Origin: Podospora anserina
Lineage: Eukaryota
Length of the DNA: 64,000 nt
Assembly (NCBI GenBank): GCA_017654855.1
Contig: CM030333.1
Coordinates: 2,728,001-2,792,000 of the forward strand
Reading direction: 5' to 3'
Shown: piece after piece, positions 33,069 to 44,300 of the stretch
Layout of the letters: each line of letters opens with the position of its first letter
Numbering within the stretch: the stretch's first letter is position 1
Translations under genes and position numbers: made by a program
Notes under the pieces: generated by a model
Told to the model about the DNA's origin: nothing
Databases searched by the model: none
The model's input: only the letters and a program-made list of their open reading frames with translations

Positions 33069-34361
33069 CTATGAATCAAAGAACCTCACACCCCTAATCA
33101 CAACCTTCGGCAGTCTCGTAACCCCCATCCTCTGCTGCTTTATCATATACATCGCCACGGCAAACTCATCCTTGGTAAGATACCCATCCGTATCCACATC
33201 TGCCAGCTCCCATATCTGACCCAACACCAGATCCGGCAGTTTGGAATTACTCAAGAAAACACACGCTTCCTCCCCTCTGATCATACCCTTCCCATCTGCA
33301 TCAAGCCTAGCAAAGACCTCATCAAACCGCGCCTTATCCTCCGGCTCAACCAACCTTTCCCCCCTAATAAGATCTAACACCATCCCAAACTCCTCCCTGC
33401 TGAGGAACCCCTTGTTGTCTTTGTCCACCTGCTGCCAGATCCTCCCCAGCGTTTCCACTGGTAGACAGGACTGTTCAAAAAAGGGGCTTGCTTCCGTGCC
33501 AAGGAGGTATCCTTTCCCTCCTGCGTCAAGCTCGTTGAAGAGCTGGTCGTGGCGGGCGCGCTGAATGAGCTCCATTGCATGAGCGAACTGTCCTTTGGTC
33601 AAATATCCTCGGTTGCCTTCGTCTGCCTGGTCCCAAATTTCAGCAAGGGTTTGGCTTGGTAGGTTGAACTGTTGAAAGAACGGCACTGCTTCGTCTCCGT
33701 TTATAATTCCGTTGCTGTCCTGGTCCAAAGTTTCGAAGATGTCATCCCACTGGGATCTAGGATCATGTGGTGGTTCCTCGGTGTACATTGTGACAGCTCC
33801 GGTGTTCTTAATTATTCCCAGATCCTGATCCCCAGTGGTTGAGGGGATCGTGACCGCGGTGCAGACATCTATCACCTCTTCCGAATCCGAACCGACGTCG
33901 TGCACAGTCACCGAAACCTGACTTTTAGCACCCTTAAGACATTTAACAGCCAAAAGAGCAACGGCATCCAGCGCCATGTGCAGTGTATCTCGGTGAGCCT
34001 TCAACAATTCCCGCTGACCATCAACCTCAGCCTTAATCGCAAACGTCCACTGCAGGCCCCGATTGGAGCGCTCGCAGCCGCCAAGGGTTTTGTTGATCTC
34101 CTCAATGACATTCGAGCAGTTCCCGATCGTCGAAAGAGCTCGGTTGTGAACATCCTCGGGTATGGCGCCGTCATCAATTACAGCCGTATCCTCTCTCAGC
34201 AAGTCGAGCACGAGCTGAAGCTGCGCCAACTCGCCTGTCATTGCCAAAAGGTCAGACCTTGCGTCTCGGGAACGCCGACAAAACGTAGCAACCGCCGCTG
34301 CCGTTTCCCCGACGACGGCGACAAGATCTAAAAGCGCAGTAGTGATGGATACCGGAGCCAT
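33069..34361 (-). CDS. HeLo-like (fungal STAND N-terminal) domain fused to three EH (Eps15 homology, EF-hand) domains
   Basis: ATG 34361; MAPVSITT..FCRRSRDARSDLLAMTGELAQLQLVLDLLRED..NCSNVIEEI..W..K.EV..R..L.AHR matches the Helo_like_N pattern; three repeats of F..LD.d..G.i.G.EA..FF....LP...L..IW...D....G.L...eF. Confidence 0.82.
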   Translation of the reverse strand: MAPVSITTALLDLVAVVGETAAAVATFCRRSRDARSDLLAMTGELAQLQLVLDLLREDTAVIDDGAIPEDVHNRALSTIGNCSNVIEEINKTLGGCERSNRGLQWTFAIKAEVDGQRELLKAHRDTLHMALDAVALLAVKCLKGAKSQVSVTVHDVGSDSEEVIDVCTAVTIPSTTGDQDLGIIKNTGAVTMYTEEPPHDPRSQWDDIFETLDQDSNGIINGDEAVPFFQQFNLPSQTLAEIWDQADEGNRGYLTKGQFAHAMELIQRARHDQLFNELDAGGKGYLLGTEASPFFEQSCLPVETLGRIWQQVDKDNKGFLSREEFGMVLDLIRGERLVEPEDKARFDEVFARLDADGKGMIRGEEACVFLSNSKLPDLVLGQIWELADVDTDGYLTKDEFAVAMYMIKQQRMGVTRLPKVVIRGVRFFDS

Positions 34362-35270
34362 TTTCGGATCGATGATGGACAAAAAGCGTCACAACTCTCT
34401 TCTCACGGAAACCACGAGCCCAAGATTTCAAGCCTACAACCCCAACCCGGCTGAGCCCAAGCTAACCCAATCCTCACCGTATTCCTCAATCCAACTAGCT
34501 CTTCAGCCGCACCACCAGCTGTCCCTCTTCTATTCGTACCAATAACTCCTCTCGCCATCAACCCCTTCCGAACAAACACCCACACTAACATCTCCGAGGA
34601 GAAACCCAAAAAAGAAATTTACTCCCAGGGTTAGGATCGGCCCATTCCGTTGCCATGCAACACAGCCCCCTTTATGCAGCCCCACTCCCCCCTGAATCCG
34701 CTCCAATCGCAAAACACCCAAAAACAGGAGATAAAGTCCGGCTTCTTTTCTGCTGTACCCCGTAACACAGATTAGTCTTGCAGGCACTGCCTTCTTCTTC
34801 TCTTTCAACCTCTATCTCCAAACAGGCCCATTCCTTTTCCCAGAAACCGGATTATTGTACGCGGGGCATTGCTCGTACCTTTGCTGCGCTATATTTTGAC
34901 CCTAACCCTGACATACCGATCGGGGGGGTTCGAGGGGCAACTACACACCTACGTGAATCTCAATCAGCCCACCAACTGTGCCTCAATAAAAGAGGCAGAT
35001 TGCGAGGTTGACTTGTGGTTTCGAATCTTTAAACAATGTTGGGTGAAATACAGAGTGAAAGAAAGCATAAAGGCTGAGGCATGCGCACTGGTTTCTCAAA
35101 CATGGTTGCCCTGAAGCATCTGGCATGAAGCATGAGTAGCTGTTTATCTACAATGGTCTGTAAAGCTCTTTCTTGGGGAGGGGGAGAGGGTAAGACTGGA
35201 AAGAGACATTTCGAGATTCATTTTTGGTATCAATAACTATTTCCCTGCCCAAACTCCACCCCCAATAAAT

Positions 35271-37627
35271 CTACCACAAAGGCACCATTCCCTGTTGCTC
35301 CACAAACGGCGGCAATCCCAGTGTCATATTATCCTGAAACATCCCCCCAGTCCCCATGACAAACCCAAAGTCATTGTTCGTGTACATAGTACCAGCAAAA
35401 TCCACATTCGTGGGATAATCGAAAGGCAGAAAATCAGGCCCCAACAAAGGTGTGCTGGCCCGGGACAAGGGGTCCGGAACACCCAACAGCCCTACGCCAG
35501 TATCCGACACCTCCCACGTGGGATATTCTACAGAACCGGACATAAGAAGTGGAGGATCCAGCGTAATGAGTGGCACAGAGAACTGTTGTTGCTGCCGTAG
35601 CTGCACGCCATGCTGCATATTCGCAATCAGCCCTTGTGCTGCCGTTGCTGCCCCGTCAAAGAGTCTTTGCCTGAATGTGTCTGTGTCGACGTCATCGGCG
35701 TACAGATTTGATGTGACGTTGATGCTGACCGCCAGCAACAAATTGAACTTGGCTGCCACCACTCCTAGGTGATACCTCGTCTGCCATAGGTCTTGCAGGA
35801 AAACCAGAGATTTGGTCAACAGCTCGCGGAAGACACACCCTGTCCTTTGTGGGTGGCAGAGAATGCGGATGTTGTCTAGCTGGCGTAGTCGGCCAAGAAT
35901 CCAGCAAGATGCCATCGCCGAACGAGCAGCATCGGTCCAGAATAGCTGGCAGGCCATGTTGCTCACGTCAGAGCTAATCTGGCATAAACTGCGAAACTGA
36001 TGCAAAACAGAAGCGGCATTGTCCCACAGTTCCAACAGCTGACTGCGTTGCGAGGCCTCTGGAGATGTGCCTAATGTGCCGCCCAGTCCAGTGATAGAGA
36101 GGAAGCTGGTCATTGGGATCGAGATCAGAGATTGCTGAAGCTCCTCGATTGGGGCTGTAGGTTTGGCGCCAGATCTCAGTGCAGGTGGTAGTTCTGTCAG
36201 GAACTTCCCGAATCCCGCTCGAAGACGCGCCTGAAGTTCGTTGGTAGAAGGAGGTTGGGTTGAATAAAGCGCTTGGTGTAAAGGTCCAATGACTTGGGCC
36301 AGCTTTGCTGCAGCGACCGAAAACTTGATGTCATTTTCGGTTGTCCTTTCAAGATCCGAGTCTGTCGTTCCGTCGGATTCCCGGTCTAACGTACGGAGAC
36401 TGATCGGCAGTGGTAATGGGCAGTCGCTTTCCTCCAAGCGCAAACTGAACTGTGTTCCACTACGTATCGAGTACTCCAAATTCAACCGCACGAAGCACCA
36501 CCAGAGGCGCTTTCTGAGCTCGGCAAAATACGGCGTGACCTCCACGAAGAGTGCTGGGTCGCGATGAAGACCCATGCTGGTTGTGATATCCCTGATCAGC
36601 CCATGAAGCGGAAGCAAATCGTACATCTTGTCCGTCTCCGACGCCAAAATGCTCTTCATGACTGCTAGTAGCAGCAAAACCTGTACCACACCACAACATG
36701 GCTTTTGGAACTTTGGTGTATATATGCAATTCTCGACAGCCCTCGCCAATCTCCTCCCACGGTGCCTCTCTTGTTCGCTGCTCTGCATGGCTATGCTGAC
36801 GGCTAGCAGGATTTTGCATATGTGCACCGGATGATCGAGGGAACCTGAATAAATGCGATCCAAATCCCTGTTAAAAGCTGGCTGGTCGAGGATTCCGTAC
36901 AGGCGCCCATATGTCTGGAAGTATTTCGCGATCCACGCCTCGCATTCCTGTCGTTCGGGTAATAGCGATCGAAGGCTGGCGCTGTCCCTTCCCACTGACG
37001 GTTCGGAGACATTGTTGTATGTCCTTAGCTGAGCTTTGAGCTCGGCAAATGCCTTGCGACTAGTGTGAAATTCAGGCGAGTGATCCAACATTGCCTTCAA
37101 CACTGTCATCTCGTTACATGGAGCCAACCAATGACTCAGGCCCATCACGCGAGTCTTGAACGCAGTGCCCTTGTAGGCATTGCCTCTCGGTGCGTGAGCA
37201 ACATTCTGCTTTTCGGCTGGTGATGGCGTTGTTGGTGTGGACTCCGGTGTTTCCCCTCTTGATGAGCAGCTGTCTGGTGGCGTGTGTGTTTGTGTCGGGC
37301 CCTCAGGGGATAGTTGTGCTGATGGTGAGGGAGCTGAGGACGATGAAGGAACGCGCAGTCTTGATCGCGATCTTGGAACGCCCTGGCGGTCTTTGGGAGT
37401 GCTGTAAATACACTCGGTGGCGATACCACGATGTTTGCATTGGCCACAGGGAGATTCGCGATCGCATCGTGTTTTTCGCGTTCGGCACTTCCCCATGTCA
37501 ACATCCAATGTGATCCAGCTTCAGTCTCAGTGGGGACTCATCTTACCTGCCAGCAAGACACAGCTTCCCGAACTCTGGGTCGTTTCCTCCCTTTCAGCTG
37601 TTGCTCGATGAACGAGTCAGCGCTCAT
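35271..37627 (-). CDS. Zn(II)2Cys6 transcription factor with fungal-specific TF domain (probable cluster regulator)
   Basis: Exon 1 37627-37547 (..RKRPRVREAVSCWQ), intron 37546-37488, then CRTRKTRCDRESPCGQCKHRGIATEC; middle homology region SMGLHRDP..ELRKRLWW. Confidence 0.93.
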
Positions 37628-38860
37628 GTGGCTGAATGTTAAAGTCATGTCGAAGTGCCAACAGTCGGAACCTGCGAGCAAAATATGTTCTTGGACTTTC
37701 CCAAGATTGAAACCTCAGGGAGGAGAGATCGAGATCTTGATCCCACGCAGAAGGAGGACAGAAGTGAAGATAAATCCAAGCTCCGGGATGCGTCATTAGT
37801 CACTCGGGCAGGACTCATGCCGAACGAAATCGGGAGCGGAAGAGAGTTGAGGCAGTAACATTGAGAAGGCCAGCAGAAGCCGGATGGAAGCCAATGGCGG
37901 GAAGGGAATGTAGCGTCGGGTTGACATCGGTCAATAGTGTCAATACCTCGAGTCCTTTTGCAGGGGGCGGTGCCTGCATGATTGCATTGGGAGAAGGAGC
38001 GACCACGAGAGATGACCGGAAAGTAACCCCGCGCCACCACCACTACCACCACCATTAGAGGCCTGCCATGCATTGCAGACCATGCAGAAGCATCAGGACA
38101 TCTTCAGGTGGCTGGAGGAATTTCTACTGCAATACCAGCATTATTAATCACGGCCCATACATTGGTGTCGGCTCTTTCAATAGTAGCCATCCCAAGCGCC
38201 CTTGGGAACACGACATTCCTCTCTGCATCTCCTCGGGCAGAAATGCAACGAAGCTTTCCTTTTGTTCCACTGCATAAACACAGCCCCTGACACCACCTCC
38301 CCTCAAAAGCTTGCGATTGGATCGATCAGATTAAGCTTTTCCCTGCTTTTCCCAACTTCCCACGGCAAAGTGCGGGGTCTGACCCGACCAGCTGGGCTCA
38401 TGGAAAGGTGGTCCGGAAAGGCCCCCGCACGTGACCTTCCATGCGCAACTTCGTATGCACATGTAGGGCTGAGCCTCAGTGAAGCTGCAGCTCTTCAAGG
38501 GCGGTCAAGAAGCAAGTCGATATTGCGACTGCTGCCCCGACGTCGACGTCGGCGAACGACGGAATACTCATCGGATTTCCATTGGCATTGAGCATTCTGG
38601 AGCAAAACACGTCAACCGGCAAAGATGAGGCAGTGCAGAAAGGTCTGTAGACTGGTGACTAGAAGAAAATGCAAAAGTAACGTGCCATGGTATTGTTAAT
38701 ATCATCATATATGGAGTGGTGTGTTACAAACAGTGTCATCTCATGAACCCTAACCCTCAACATTGCCATGTCGTAAACACCCAACATGCAAGGAAAGACA
38801 AAAGAAATCTACGGTTTATGTTTGATGTTGTACAAAGATTAACAAGTCGTGTCTATCGGA

Positions 38861-40534
38861 TCAAACCGAAACCTCCTTCTTGCCACCGCATCTTGGAGTC
38901 ATCCGGACATTGAGCCCAGTCTGAGCAACCATCCAATGGTTTTGCACCTTCCAGTCGCCCTCAAGCGTCATCTATCAGCAATGTTAGCATGCGGTTTGAT
39001 GTACTTTTTGGGAGAAGACTTACCCGATACCGCCAAAACAAAGTTGGAATCAGCTTGTAAATCTCCAAATATGAGATATTCTTCCCCAAGCACGTCCTCC
39101 GTCCAGCTCCAAACGTCAACAGACACCTCTCCATCTTGACCCTTCTCTCCCTCTCACACAACCACCTCTCCGGCCTGAACTTGTCTGCATCTTCCCCAAA
39201 GACCTCCTTGCTGCGGTGAACAACCCAAGGATTCATTCCCACAACCGTCCCCCCCTCAAAGTGCACGCCGCAAAGCTCCACGCCACCTTTACCCACCACC
39301 CTCTCAAGCGGCAGCCCAATGACAGGATGTAACCTGCCCGCCTCCTTAACGCACGCATCCAAGTACGGGAGACTTTGAGACTCCTTCCATGTGACATTAT
39401 CCGATAGTCGGCCCTCGCTATTCGCCTGTGAAAGTTCCTCCATCAGCTTACCAAGACAGTCCGGATGTTTGATCAGAAAGTAAATGACGGCTCTCATCAT
39501 GATGGCAGTCGTATCGCTCCCAGCCAAGACATTCGATGTCGCCCAAGCAGTGACGAACCAGTCCAGGATATCCGGGTTCTTCTCCTTGGCCTCCAGAAAG
39601 CGAGACATGAAGTCCTTGGTATTATGGTACGTGGTCGTTTTCTCTACTTCGCTGATGTTTGATCTTTCATGCGCTCTGGCGAGAGCAAACGCCACAATGG
39701 GGGAGCTGCCTTCGGGAAGGAAGCGCGCGAGAGGGTTCTTCGCCAAGATGTTGTCAAGCCAAGGGATCTGGCCAACCTTTTACACCGTTAGCGTTCAGGG
39801 AGGAGGGTCCAAGTTCCGGATATCACTTACCCATGAGGCGTACTTGAAGACCTTCTGAATACTGCCCATGATCCCGTCGACATCCTTTGCTTCATCAAGA
39901 AAACCAAGACGTTTGCTGAACGTGATCTCGCCCATCACGTCAAAGGCAAACCACTGAAGCCATGTCCCAAGATCCACTGTTTGCCCATCTTTGGCCGAAA
40001 TTTCATCCAACTTCGTCAGAAAGAAACAAATAGTGGTGTCAACATGTGGCTCAAACTCGACTAGATTCGACATCGAGTATATATTGGCAATCGGTCTCTT
40101 CATAGCCCGGTGGAGGTCGTCATCCTGGGTGTTGAACAGCCCTTGGATCACCCTGCCGCGTGACATGGGCTGCATAACCTTGTAGAAATCGGACTAGTGA
40201 AACACATCTGTCAGATCTGCCGTCTCTTCTGTGTTACAGCGTCGGAGTTACCTACCTTTTTGAGATTGACCCCAGTACCATAAATCTTTAGGACCTCTTC
40301 TGGGTCGTCAATACTGATGCAGTTCGGCCCGAGGCGTACAAGTCTACCAAATCGGTCGTGCAGCTGCATATGAACATGATGTGCTTCGCCAGACCATGCC
40401 CATCTGAGCCTGGGGAGATTCGATATGGATGCGAAGAAGGGTCCAGGAACTTTCCGATGTCTTGCCCAGGATCGATATGTCAACACCACCACATATATCG
40501 CCCCAAAGACCAATGCAGCAAGTTGAAGGATCAT
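38861..40534 (-). CDS. Cytochrome P450, multi-exon, divergent from the PKS
   Basis: KVPGPF, LVRLGPN, WFAFDVMGEITFSKRLGFL, LAGSDTTA, EAGR, FRPERW, FGAGRRTCLG. Confidence 0.93.
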
Positions 40535-41308
40535 GGCGTTTACATGAAACAAAATGTTGAATGTACCACAAACCGAAAACCTGCGTTATCAGGACTGCCG
40601 TGTGCTTGAAGACCATGCTCGGTTGATCAGTATTAAAGCATGCCGCGTACTGGTGCTCCGTCGATGCTATATTTCTTGTCTTGACTCAAGTCTTGGCGTT
40701 TCGTGGGGGGAACTGTTCTGCGGTCAGACCGACAAAATGCTAGCTGCTTTCCTGTCTGGGAAAATAAGACCCGGAGCTGAGTAGCTATGAGTGACTGTGC
40801 CGGTCCCATGTCACCTTTAAACATAGTGCACGGGAGTGGCAATGACAACTGCCAACATGCACCAAGCCACGCCGCCGCACCGTTTAAACCACGGGTCGTT
40901 CGTTAGCGCAATCCAGGCTACCGGTGCTGGGCACACCGATGGGGTAACGAGTAAACATTGCGTGGGATCTAGACTCGGAATAGGAATCCTTCTGGAAATG
41001 TCCGGTCCTACCGAGCGGTGACCATGTCAATGACTGATGTTTTGGTTCGGACACTGGCAGAAGGCAGGTTTTGACATTGATACGAGCCCATCTTTGACAG
41101 CGTTGATGGCTATTTCCGTAGTTGATGTTAAAGTACAAATGTGGAGCAGGAAGGAAAGCTAGAGCCAATGTCAGTAAGTGTCGTGGTGATTGTATAAGAG
41201 CCGTGATACCAGTGCACTTTACCAAGATCTCTGTCAAACAAATACCGATTGTACTGCTGCTTCCTTTCATTTGTGACTATTGCCTGTCTTTGAACCACCA
41301 CCAAGAAA

Positions 41309-44300
41309 ATGACAGCCAACACTTTGCTTCTCTTTGGGGACCAGACAGGGGAGGTCCTACCTTCAATACAATCTCTCTCCAGAAATGCTTCATCAAATCA
41401 GACCTTGGCAACGTTTCTGAGGAAGGCCACAGATAGACTCAGAAGTGCAGTACTTCAAGCCCCTGCTCACTATCGACGCTCCTTTCCAAATTTCACCTCT
41501 CTCTCCGAGCTCGCCACCGCCGTGTCGAAACAAGATCACCCATCCCCTGCCTTATATGCCGCACTTCTGTGTATCGCGCAAATTGGCGATGTCATCATGT
41601 AAGATGTCCTGTCAAACAAGCCCAGCTCCTGAATGCTGACAGCTCAGATATCTCGAAAACAACCCAGGGCTCCTAGACGCTTCTAAGGACAGGCTTGCCA
41701 TTGTCGGGTTATGTACTGGCCTTCTCCCCGCCGCGGTTGTCTCGTGCTCCAGAAACCTCACCGAAGTGATCGCACTTGCAGATGAGACTGTTCATCTTGC
41801 TTTCCAAGTCGGGCTTGCGGCATCAAAAAGGTCCCACGAGGTAGATCCATCCACTGGCAGCTGGGCTACTCTGGTCTCCCAGGTCGATATTTCTGCCGCT
41901 AGGGAAGCCATTGGCATCTTCAACCGCAACTCGATCCCCAGACACCAGGTATACATCAGTGCTGAGAGCCCAAACTCAGTGACGATTAGCGGCCCGCCTT
42001 CCGCTACCGAAGCTTTCTTCAGCTCCACCTCAATCTTCGGAAAATGCAAAAGAATTCCACTTCCCATTGCAGCGGCCTTTCACGCCGATAATCTTCAGCC
42101 CATTCAGCCCACAGTGCTTCTCCAGAATATGAACCCTTCTCTACACTCGAAACCTGTACAACATCCCTTTCTTCTGTCTCCTCATTCAGGCTTGCCTTAT
42201 CAAGAGTCGTCATTCGGTAATGTTTTGGTGGAGGTTGTGGGTGACATCTTCCGGCATCCTATATTGTTCGACGCATGTACTGAAGGGCTTGCCAAAATTC
42301 TCTCATCCCAACCGAACCTTCTGGCCTTTGGACCAGTGAGCTGTGAAAAGGCCATTCAGCAAGCCCTGCACGGCCATGGTATCAAATTGGAGACTCCCAG
42401 TACTGCAACGACGCTGAACAACACTTCATCGATACCCAACGCCATAGCCATCATCGGCATGTCAGTCCGGCTCCCAGGAAGTGAGACCCTAGAAGATTTC
42501 TGGCAAGTGCTTGAGGACGGCCGCAATCTCCACGAAAAGATTCGTCCTGATCGTTTCGATATCAACACCCATGTTGATCCTTCTGGCAAGGCCAAGAACA
42601 CTAGCTTGACACCATATGGTGTGTTCATCGATCGACCTGGATACTTCGATACGAGACTGTTCAATATGTCTCCCCGTGAGGCTGCTCAAACAGACCCTCA
42701 GCAACGACTGCTCCTTCTGACCACGTACGAGGCTCTCGAGATGGCTGGGTACACTCCCAATGCAACGCCATCTACCAATACCAAAAGGATCGGCTCCTTC
42801 ATGGGCCAAACAGGTGACGACTATCGTGAGGTAAACGCGAGTCAGAACGTCGACACGTACTTCATCACTGGCAACATTCGCGCCTTCGGTCCAGGTAGAC
42901 TGAACTATCATTTCGGTTGGGAAGGGCCGAGCTATTCCGTTGACACAGCGTGTTCATCCAGCGCAGCTAGTATCCAATTGGCCTGCTCTGCGCTGCTCAG
43001 TAGCGAGGTGGACATGGCTGTGGGTGGTGGTGCTAACCTGCTCACTGCATCCGATTTGTTTGCTGGGCTAAGTCGGGGGAGCTTCTTGTCAAAGACTGGA
43101 GGTTGCAAAACCTTTGATCATGATGCGGACGGCTATGTTCGCGCAGACGCAGTAGGTGTCATCGTGCTGAAGAGGTTGGACGACGCATTGGCCGACAGAG
43201 ACAACATCCTCGCGGTCCTTCGGGCAACAGCAACCAACCACTCCGCTGAAGCATCCTCCATCACTCATCCTCACGCCGAGACACAAGAGCGACTGTTCGA
43301 TTCAGTCCTAAGCAAAGCCGGCATCGACCCTATCGAGATCGATTACGCAGAGCTCCACGGCACTGGTACCCAAGCAGGTGATGCAACCGAGAGCCGATCT
43401 GTGACCAATGTTCTTTCCCGTAACCGCCCGGCCGACAAACCCCTGTTCATCGGCACTGTTAAGCCCAATCTCGGCCACGGTGAGGCGGCCAGCGGTGTCA
43501 CCTCTCTCATCAAAGCCATCTTGATGTTGAGTAAGAACATGATTCCGCCCCATATTGGAATAAAAGGCCGGATCAACGAGAAGCTACCACCGCTGGCTGA
43601 CATGAACACCCGGATATCATTCGGTAAAACTCCATTCCGCCCCCGTCCTGGCGGTGATGGAAAGAGAAAGATCCTCATCAACAACTTCGACGCTGCCGGC
43701 GGAAATACCAGCATGGTCATCGAAGATCCTCCCATGTTACCAACAGAGGGTGTGGATCCCCGCAATCATCATGCCATTACCGTGTCTGGCAAGACGCCAA
43801 ACTCCATCATGGGGAACAGCAAGCGTCTTCTTGAGCACTTAGACCAAAATCCTGACGCTCGTCTAGAGGACATTGCCTACACCACCACTGCACGCCGGAT
43901 GCATCATAATCTGCGCAAGGCCCATGTTGCTTCTTCGATCAAGACCCTTCGGGACAGTCTGCAGCAAGCCATCACAAGAGAGACGTGGACAAAGGTCCCG
44001 GCCGCGCCCCCTCAAGTCGTGTTCCTCTTCACTGGCCAGGGTTCTGCGTATAGCGGCATGGCATCAAACCTGTTCAATACCAGCGCACCGTTCCGCGAGC
44101 TTCTTCAAGGCAATGACGATATATGCGTCTCTCATGGCTTCAGATCTTTCCTGCCCCTTGTAGAGGACAAGAACTTTGACATGACGATGGCCTCGCCGGT
44201 TCAGGTGCAGTTGGCAATTGTGTCCATAGAGCTAGCCATGGCAGAATATTGGAAATCTCTTGGGGTTATGCCGGCTGCCGTTGTTGGTCACAGCCTTGGG

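Noticed and set aside
33760-33950. Amyloid signalling motif in the HeLo-like/EH linker
   Set aside because: Some beta-prone residues, but no recognisable HET-s, PP or sigma pattern and no N/Q/G-rich pseudo-repeat.
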